Assembly (NCBI GenBank): GCA_040754655.1
Contig: JBFMCE010000066.1
Coordinates: 1 to 21,678 of the forward strand
DNA length: 21,678 bases
DNA from: Bdellovibrionota bacterium
GTDB lineage: Bacteria > Bdellovibrionota > UBA1018 > UBA923
Reading direction: 5' to 3'
In this document: positions 15,083 to 21,678 of the stretch, in pieces
How positions within the stretch are numbered: position 1 is the stretch's first letter
Layout of the letters: each line of letters starts with the position of its first letter
Notes under the pieces: generated by a model
What the model was told of the DNA's origin: nothing
Seen by the model: the letters and a program-made list of their open reading frames with translations, nothing else
Databases searched by the model: none
Program-made: the position numbers and the translations under genes

Positions 15083-16465
15083 TTATCCTACCCCCGGTAA
15101 GATCCCCGGGCTTCCCAAGGCCTGCTGAAGATAGCTCTGCTGGCCTTGCATGCTTTGCATGAAACCTTCGAGTTGCGAGAACTGCCGCTTTAATTGCGCT
15201 TCGCGACGTTGCAACTGTTGTTCTTTCCTGACGATATCCTGGTCCATTGATCGAATTCGATCTCTGATGCCCTTTTCCCGAACGGTTACAGCGCCGGTCT
15301 CGGGCTGCAAGAAGCCTTGGGTGATGAATTTCAGGTTCTCGACAAGGTTGTTGTCGCCCGCGAATAAAGAGGCGACATAATCGAAGTTATCGGCAAGGTT
15401 CTTTTTGAAGCGGTCTTCGTTGAAGGCGAGCTGTCCGTTTTTTTGGAAGTTGATGCCCACGTCTGAGAGACGCATGACGATCTCATCATCATCCTCGTCG
15501 ACACCGAAAGCTTGAAAGATCAGATAACGCAATCTTGATTCGATCGCGAACAGGGACGTATCACCGCCGAGGGTGCGGCTCGTGTCTGACGAGGCGTCGA
15601 GTTTATTCTGGGTCACGACGAATTCAAGCACGCCGTTAATCGCATCGACGAGCGCTTTGACTTTACCCGTGATTTTCGCGATGTCTTCAGTGATGTTCAG
15701 CGTGAATTCGTAGTCTTCTTTGGCTTGCTTGAGGTCGAGGGTCACGCCTGGAAGAAGTTCGAAGCGATTGGACTGGCTCATGATTTCAAAGCCATTGAAT
15801 TTGATTATCGCATTTTGAGCCGATCGTTCATCGTCTTGGTAAAAGCGGAAGTCACCGTCGAGGAAGTAGAAATCGGGATAGACGATTTCATTGTCGACCC
15901 CTGATTTTTTCGCGTGAACCACGACTCGCCAGGGTCTGTCGCTTCCTGATCCATCGTTTACCAGAGAGGCTTGAACACCGAGCCCCTTTTCACTGTTGAT
16001 CGCGCCTACCAGGCCCTTGAGCGTGTTGTTGCTCGGACCGATCCAAACGCTTTTCGTGTCGCCATTGGGCAGGTCGTAGGTGAAATAACCTACGCCCACT
16101 TCGTCATCGGGCTCGGAGAACCCGTCAGAGATCATCGAGTGCCTGCCCGCGAGCTGCGTGACTTCGATCTGGTATTCGCCCGACTCTGCTAGATCTTTGT
16201 CGACGAAGACATCCATGAGTTCTTTGGCTGGCCAGTCCGCCTTTAGTTCACGGAACTTTTTGAAGTTTTCGAGTTCTTTATAAACTTCAGGGAGTTTTTT
16301 TACCCGAGCTGAGAATTCCTGGACGAGCTTGAGTTTCTCGTTTTCTTTTGCTTTACGAGATTCGACAAGGCGAATGGGCTGACGTTCGGCATTGACGATG
16401 TCTTTGACGAACTGCCGAAACTTGTTGTTTCCGACTGGACTCGGTATATCCACAGCTAGTTCCAT
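15083..16465 (-). CDS. fliD: flagellar filament cap protein FliD (HAP2)
   Basis: AERQP, GEYQIEVTQLA, TLKGLVGAIN..GVQASLVNDG, SAQNA..NG..SN..PGVTLDLK, LSDVGI and LKRQFSQLE. SD GGAGG. Upstream of fliS. Confidence 0.92.
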   Translation of the reverse strand: MELAVDIPSPVGNNKFRQFVKDIVNAERQPIRLVESRKAKENEKLKLVQEFSARVKKLPEVYKELENFKKFRELKADWPAKELMDVFVDKDLAESGEYQIEVTQLAGRHSMISDGFSEPDDEVGVGYFTYDLPNGDTKSVWIGPSNNTLKGLVGAINSEKGLGVQASLVNDGSGSDRPWRVVVHAKKSGVDNEIVYPDFYFLDGDFRFYQDDERSAQNAIIKFNGFEIMSQSNRFELLPGVTLDLKQAKEDYEFTLNITEDIAKITGKVKALVDAINGVLEFVVTQNKLDASSDTSRTLGGDTSLFAIESRLRYLIFQAFGVDEDDDEIVMRLSDVGINFQKNGQLAFNEDRFKKNLADNFDYVASLFAGDNNLVENLKFITQGFLQPETGAVTVREKGIRDRIRSMDQDIVRKEQQLQRREAQLKRQFSQLEGFMQSMQGQQSYLQQALGSPGILPGVG

Positions 16466-16547
16466 CCTCCATGATGAAACCCAGGCGAATCGCCTAGAAT
16501 AAAATATGAACGCGTCTCAAGGGTCGAGTTACACGTTCTTATCCATA

Positions 16548-16577
16548 ATTATACGGTTATTATTTACTGGAACGCAA
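16548..16577 (-). promoter_or_regulatory. putative sigma70 promoter of the fliD operon
   Basis: Minus strand TTGCGT (16577-16572), 18-nt spacer, TATAAT (16553-16548). Confidence 0.45.
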
Positions 16578-18570
16578 TCTCCTCGATGCGTCCGTTCTTC
16601 ACGGTAAGAAATACCAGGCGCTTGGTGAGGTGCCCTGACTGGTAGGAAATTTTTCCCGTCACTCCGGGAAAGTCGCGTAGCCGAGAAATGCGGTCTTTCA
16701 TTTCTGAGCGTGAACGAACATCGCTCTTTAAGAGCGATGCTACCACGTGTCCCGCATCGTACGACATGGCTTCGATCAGTCCCGGTTCAGAATTGAAGGT
16801 TTGCCGGTAATCTTCGATGAATTTCTTTGACGAGGGAAGATTTGACCCAGCATAGAAGCCATCCACGAAAACCGCGCCCTCAGCGAATTGCCCGGCGCGT
16901 GCGATGAGGTCAGGGCTGTTCCAGGTATTGATTCCCAAGAATTGTATTCCTTCAACATCGCGATAAGCGAAGGTCGGCAGGATTTGCCCCAGCGCCTTGG
17001 GTTCGTCGGGAATGAAAACAGCCTGAAAATCGACGATGGGTTTCAACTCAAACATTCGATCAAACTTTTTCGAATGCCCTTTGATTGGAGTCGCAGCCTT
17101 CAATAGCCGAAGTTCTTCGACCTCTCTTGCCCTGGCGTCGGTCTCGGAAAGACCCACAAGTTTATCCACATGTGACCTGAAATCGGTTTCATCCTCCACG
17201 TAAGTTTCATGCCCGCGAATCGAGCCTTCCCCGGATTCTATCTCGTCCCAAAATGCATTCGTATAGATTTCTCCGAATCGTCCCTTCGGAGAGAGAAGTG
17301 AAAAAGTCTTCATGCCGATGTGCTCTGCGTATCGACGCAGTTCTTTTACCTGCATCTCAGGAGTAAGCGCGGCATTGAAAACATAATCGCCACCCGAAGC
17401 TTCTTTTTGCGTCAGTGCGATCAATGGAAGGCCCAGTTCTTGAGCTTTTTTGCCTACGGGTTCAGCTAGCTTAGAAACCAGGGGTCCGATCACAGCGACG
17501 ACATGGTGCTTGAAATACAGCTCATCCAACGCCGCAAGCGCTCGTTCTTGTTCTCCTTGGTCATCCACGACCACCAGTGAAATCTGGTGAGAAGCGTGAG
17601 CAGGTTGGAAAATCTTAAAGGCGAGTTCAATTCCCTGCAAAGCTTTGTACCCTGCGCTCGCGGATCGTCCCGACAAGGTCAATAACACCCCGACACGCGT
17701 AGTATTGACCACGCCTTGAAAATCGACCTTGCGGATATTGTCGAGGGCAGCCGAATAATAACGGCTGTTGGGGAATTTCGTCACCAGTTGTTGGAAGTAA
17801 TCTTTGGCTTGGTCGCGGTTCCCCGACGAGAAATGAATTGTGCCTATGCGATAAAGAAGCCGGTCGACCCCTGCCGCTTCTTGGTATTGCTTCAAATAAC
17901 CCTCGAGCACCCCGACGTTGGTTACTTGTTCAAGTGAATCGTCCAAGAACCCAAGCATGGGTTCGATGTTGGCCGATCCCTGTGATTCGGACACTTGGTC
18001 GAGAGCAGCCAAGATTTCACGCGTGCTGCTCTCGTAGTCTTTTCTGAGCTTTGCGATCTTGGCTTTTAAGACGTGCAGTTTCATTCGATCGGGCCGTTCA
18101 AGCGAATCTTCCTTAACCTGATCGATGGCTCTGCTGGCCTGGTCCACTTGGCCTAGCTCAAAATAAACGTAAGCCAGATTGTATGAGGCCATGTTTCTCA
18201 CATCCTCGTTTTGAGTGAGCTCAAGCGCTTTTTTGAGCTGAAACACGGCAAATTGATATTGCTTTTGGCCAATGTAGGCGAGTGCGCGCAGATTGTAGAC
18301 TTGATCTAAGAAGATGCTATTGGGGTACTTGGACAAGAAAGTCTTCGAACGTTTTAAAAGCCCGTCGTAATTTCTTTTTCGATAAAGGCCATCGAGAGAT
18401 TCGTATTCGCGCGCATCCGGCGTGTCTTCACTCCTCGCGCGTTCCAATAAAATGTCCTGGCTGCTGGTATTGTCAGACGCGCTTCCTCTTTTTGAAGAAG
18501 AGCTGCATCCGGCAGCAAGACTCAACAATGTATAGACTAAAAGTAAAGCCGCCCTTAAACGAAGATTCAT
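16564..18570 (-). CDS. LpoA/LppC-like lipoprotein (TPR plus type 1 periplasmic-binding fold, putative penicillin-binding protein activator)
   Basis: Lipobox AAGC (Cys22), N-terminal TPRs (YPNS, FPNSRY) and a C-terminal domain with VGVLLTLSG, VIGPL, FQAVFIPD, LGINTWN, EAMSYDA and FPGVTGKI. Confidence 0.75.
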   Translation of the reverse strand: MNLRLRAALLLVYTLLSLAAGCSSSSKRGSASDNTSSQDILLERARSEDTPDAREYESLDGLYRKRNYDGLLKRSKTFLSKYPNSIFLDQVYNLRALAYIGQKQYQFAVFQLKKALELTQNEDVRNMASYNLAYVYFELGQVDQASRAIDQVKEDSLERPDRMKLHVLKAKIAKLRKDYESSTREILAALDQVSESQGSANIEPMLGFLDDSLEQVTNVGVLEGYLKQYQEAAGVDRLLYRIGTIHFSSGNRDQAKDYFQQLVTKFPNSRYYSAALDNIRKVDFQGVVNTTRVGVLLTLSGRSASAGYKALQGIELAFKIFQPAHASHQISLVVVDDQGEQERALAALDELYFKHHVVAVIGPLVSKLAEPVGKKAQELGLPLIALTQKEASGGDYVFNAALTPEMQVKELRRYAEHIGMKTFSLLSPKGRFGEIYTNAFWDEIESGEGSIRGHETYVEDETDFRSHVDKLVGLSETDARAREVEELRLLKAATPIKGHSKKFDRMFELKPIVDFQAVFIPDEPKALGQILPTFAYRDVEGIQFLGINTWNSPDLIARAGQFAEGAVFVDGFYAGSNLPSSKKFIEDYRQTFNSEPGLIEAMSYDAGHVVASLLKSDVRSRSEMKDRISRLRDFPGVTGKISYQSGHLTKRLVFLTVKNGRIEEIAFQ

Positions 18571-18611
18571 GAGATCTAGAATTTAACACAAAAACCTGCG
18601 AGCGACACGGT

Positions 18612-19751
18612 CTAGTCGAAAATGCCGCGCATCTTCTCAAAAAAACCCTTGGAAATGGGGTGGCTCTTGTCGTCGCTCAATTCTTGGAAGCGGCGCAAAA
18701 GTTCTTTCTGTTCGGCGTTGAGTTTTGAGGGCGTCTCGATAATGACTTTCACTAGCTGGTCACCGCGGCCATATCCTCCGAGCCTTGCGATTCCTTTGTG
18801 TTTGAGGCGCAAGACTTGGTGCGATTGTATGCCTGCGGGTATCTTAAGCTTTGCTTTGCCTTCCAGGGTGGGAACTTCAATTTCATCTCCCAGCGCCGCT
18901 TGGGTGAAACTCACCGGAACTTCGCAAATAATATCGGCTTCTTCACGTTGAAAAAATTGATGGTCTTGCACGTGCAAGACCACGTAAAGGTCGCCTGCAG
19001 GAGCACCTCGGGTGCCTGAGTCTCCTTCACCCGTCAGTTTTAGTCTTTGACCTGTATCAATGCCTGCGGGAATCTTCACAGAAAGGCTTACTTTCTTTCG
19101 AATCCGCCCAGCGCCAGCGCAATCGGTGCAAGGATTCTTGACGATCTGGCCCTCTCCATGACAGGCCGGGCACGTCTTTGAGACGGCGAAGAATCCTTGT
19201 TGGAAGCGAACTTCCCCTGAACCACCGCATTGACTGCACGTCACCGGTTTTGAGGATGCTTTCGCCCCCGAGCCGTCGCAGGTCGTGCATACCGCTGTGC
19301 GTGGAATGGAGAGCACCTTTTCGGTGCCAAAGGCTGCTTCCGTAAACGAAATTTCAAGATCGTATTGCAGGTCCGCGCCGGGTTGGGCACGGCTTCGGCG
19401 CCGGCCTCCACGTGGCGCTCCAAAGATGTCACCGAAGATATCGCCAAAAATGTCGTTGATATTACCCGAGTTGATGTCAAAGCCGAAGCCTTGACCGCTA
19501 CCGAACGGGCTGCCTCCTCCCATATTAGAGGCTGCATGCCCGAACTGATCGTAAGCGCGTCGTTTTTCGGCCGTGCTCAAGACCTCATAAGCTTCAGTGA
19601 GTTCTTTGAACTTCTCTTCAGCCGCCTTGTCACCTGGATTTTTATCAGGGTGATACTGAATAGCCAGTTTCCGATAAGCTTTTTTTATATCTTCAGCAGA
19701 GGCCGCGCGCTCAACGCCCAGAACCTCGTAATAGTCTCGTTTATTGGCCAT
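18612..19751 (-). CDS. dnaJ: chaperone DnaJ
   Basis: J-domain with HPD, G/F region with DIF repeats, four CxxCxGxG motifs. Follows dnaK. Confidence 0.98.
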   Translation of the reverse strand: MANKRDYYEVLGVERAASAEDIKKAYRKLAIQYHPDKNPGDKAAEEKFKELTEAYEVLSTAEKRRAYDQFGHAASNMGGGSPFGSGQGFGFDINSGNINDIFGDIFGDIFGAPRGGRRRSRAQPGADLQYDLEISFTEAAFGTEKVLSIPRTAVCTTCDGSGAKASSKPVTCSQCGGSGEVRFQQGFFAVSKTCPACHGEGQIVKNPCTDCAGAGRIRKKVSLSVKIPAGIDTGQRLKLTGEGDSGTRGAPAGDLYVVLHVQDHQFFQREEADIICEVPVSFTQAALGDEIEVPTLEGKAKLKIPAGIQSHQVLRLKHKGIARLGGYGRGDQLVKVIIETPSKLNAEQKELLRRFQELSDDKSHPISKGFFEKMRGIFD

Positions 19752-19793
19752 TCCGTTATTCCTTGGTAACCACGGGCGTTACATGCTTGTAAC

Positions 19794-21678
19794 TTAGACT
19801 TCTTTGAAGTCGGCATCAATCACATCATCGTCTTTTTTGCCAGACTCTGTTTTCTCTTCAGTCTTTTGTTCGCCGCCGTTACCGCTGCCATTTCCATTCG
19901 CGGCATTCTGGTCCGTCGCGCCAGAATTGCGATAAAGAACCTCGGCCATCTTGTTTGAGGCTTGGGTCAAGGTTTCAGTAGCGCGTTTGAGTTCTTCCTC
20001 ATCTTTAGAGTCGAGCACTTTTCTTGCGTCTTCAACCGCCTTATTAACCGCTTCTTTGCTTGCGGCATCGACCTTATCGCCATGCTCCTTGACGGTTTTT
20101 TCAACGGAATAAATCAAACCATCCAAAGTATTCCTGGCGTTAACAATGGCTTTTCTCTTTTCGTCTTCAGCTCGATGGGCCTCGGCTTCTTTGGTCATGC
20201 GTTGTATTTCCGCTTCTGAGAGCCCCGAGCTTGCTGTGATCTTGATGGCTTGCTCTTTACCGGTTCCCATGTCTTTTGCGGTGACATGCACGATGCCGTT
20301 CGCATCGATATCAAACGTCACTTCAATTTGTGGCATGCCACGCGGAGCAGGGGGGATTCCAACCAGGTCAAATCGACCCAAGCTCTTGTTATGTTCTGCG
20401 AATTCGCGTTCCCCTTGAAGGACATGGATCGTGACCGCAGTTTGACTGTCCGCTGCTGTCGAGAAAATCTGGCTCTTTCTGCAAGGAATGGTCGTGTTTT
20501 TCTCGATGAGTTTCGTAGAAACTCCCCCCAATGTTTCGATCCCCAAAGAAAGAGGCGTAACATCGAGCAACAAGACGTCTTTTACATCGCCTTGAAGGAC
20601 CGCTCCTTGAATTGCTGCACCCACAGCGACAACCTCGTCGGGATTCACACCTTTGTGAGGCTCCTTGCCGAAGATCTGTTTTACCTTTTCTTGCACCTTG
20701 GGCATGCGGGTCATGCCGCCGACCAAGATGACTTCGTCGATGTCTGATTTTGAGATGCCAGCATCTCTGATGCAGGTTTCGCAAGGCGCTACCATCATCT
20801 CAATCAAATCCTCTACGAGAGCTTCGAACTTTGCTCGAGTAAGTTTGAGGTTAAGGTGTTTCGGACCCGATGCATCCGCCGTGATGAACGGAAGATTGAT
20901 ATCTGTTTCGATCGCGTTCGAAAGTTCGTGTTTGGCCTTCTCTGCAGCCTCTTTCAATCGTTGAAGCGCCATCTTATCTTTGCGAAGGTCGATGCCGTTG
21001 TCTTTCTTGAACTGATCCGCCAAATAATCAATAATGCGCTGATCGAAGTTGCCGCCACCCAAGAACGTGTCGCCATTGGTCGCTTTCACTTCGAAAACCC
21101 CGTCGCCGATCTCAAGGATCGAGATATCAAAGGTACCGCCGCCCAAGTCAAATACGGCGACGAGTTCATCTTTTTTCTTATCAAGGCCATAGGCTAGCGC
21201 TGCCGCGGTAGGCTCATTGATGATTCGCTTCACTTCAAGACCCGCGATGCGGCCCGCATCCTTCGTGGCTTGTCTTTGGGCATCGTTGAAGTAGGCAGGA
21301 ACGGTGATGACCGCTTCCTTCACTTCATGGCCAAGATAGTCTTCCGCGGTCTTCTTCATTTTTTGAAGAACGAGCGCAGAGATCTCTTGAGGAGAGTATT
21401 CGCGGTCGCCAACTTTGATCCAAGCATCGCCATTTTTCGCTTCGATAATCTTGAACGGGGCTACCTTGATGAATTCTTGAACTTCCTTGGAAGAGAACTT
21501 TCGGCCGATCAATCTCTTGGCTTCGAAAATAGTCTGCTCTGGGTTCGTGATCGATTGGCGTTTTGCCGATTGGCCTACGAGCTTTTCGCTCGCATTCGTG
21601 AATGCGACAACCGATGGAGTGGTATTTGCTCCTTCTGAGTTGGGGATTACCTTAGGGTCGCCGCCCTCTACGATCGCA
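19794..21678 (-). CDS. dnaK: chaperone DnaK (5' end outside the window)
   Basis: Frame is open to the window edge ([26 protein letters not shown]). [40 protein letters not shown] and C-terminal [11 protein letters not shown]. Confidence 0.98.
   Translation of the reverse strand, partial: AIVEGGDPKVIPNSEGANTTPSVVAFTNASEKLVGQSAKRQSITNPEQTIFEAKRLIGRKFSSKEVQEFIKVAPFKIIEAKNGDAWIKVGDREYSPQEISALVLQKMKKTAEDYLGHEVKEAVITVPAYFNDAQRQATKDAGRIAGLEVKRIINEPTAAALAYGLDKKKDELVAVFDLGGGTFDISILEIGDGVFEVKATNGDTFLGGGNFDQRIIDYLADQFKKDNGIDLRKDKMALQRLKEAAEKAKHELSNAIETDINLPFITADASGPKHLNLKLTRAKFEALVEDLIEMMVAPCETCIRDAGISKSDIDEVILVGGMTRMPKVQEKVKQIFGKEPHKGVNPDEVVAVGAAIQGAVLQGDVKDVLLLDVTPLSLGIETLGGVSTKLIEKNTTIPCRKSQIFSTAADSQTAVTIHVLQGEREFAEHNKSLGRFDLVGIPPAPRGMPQIEVTFDIDANGIVHVTAKDMGTGKEQAIKITASSGLSEAEIQRMTKEAEAHRAEDEKRKAIVNARNTLDGLIYSVEKTVKEHGDKVDAASKEAVNKAVEDARKVLDSKDEEELKRATETLTQASNKMAEVLYRNSGATDQNAANGNGSGNGGEQKTEEKTESGKKDDDVIDADFKEV

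Noticed and set aside
18622..21638. Many antisense and alternate-frame ORFs over dnaJ and dnaK, and similar ones over other genes
   Set aside because: Shadow ORFs of conserved genes. Long antisense frames are a known artefact of codon bias in hsp70.
1..21678. CRISPR array, IS element, prophage, tRNA, rRNA or defence system
   Set aside because: No spaced direct repeats, transposase, integrase or phage proteins, RNA-gene signatures, or nuclease/RT domains were seen.

Overview
About 21.7 kb of core chromosome from a flagellated Gram-negative bacterium. The short flagellin, LpoA-like lipoprotein and Cys-paired secreted orphans suggest Bdellovibrionota or a deltaproteobacterium-like lineage (inference). 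Left end: a sigma28-driven flagellin with a ~340-nt structured leader, a 45-codon ORF with a signal peptide, a second sigma28 promoter driving a FlaG-like gene, and lpxH. Middle: two secreted orphans, bcp, a GAF/fRMsr-like gene, terC, ybaN-like, recN, nadK and rarA. Right, all on the minus strand: dnaK (partial), dnaJ, an LpoA-like lipoprotein, then fliD, fliS, a FliT/FlgN-like gene, a TPR protein, an unannotated 36-codon ORF, a GT9 glycosyltransferase and a conserved hypothetical. No mobile elements, CRISPR arrays, tRNA or rRNA were seen. The most notable unexplained signal lies in the convergent ybaN/recN gap (6014-6227). It has a full sigma54-type promoter layout (tandem TGT-N11-ACA sites, an IHF-like site and a -24/-12 box) that faces no coding gene, only an 11-bp hairpin with a loop of three C-runs. 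This is a candidate anti-Shine-Dalgarno-type small RNA, and G-run sites complementary to its loop occur in the fliC leader and at the TPR gene RBS. The same promoter layout recurs at 3288-3386.
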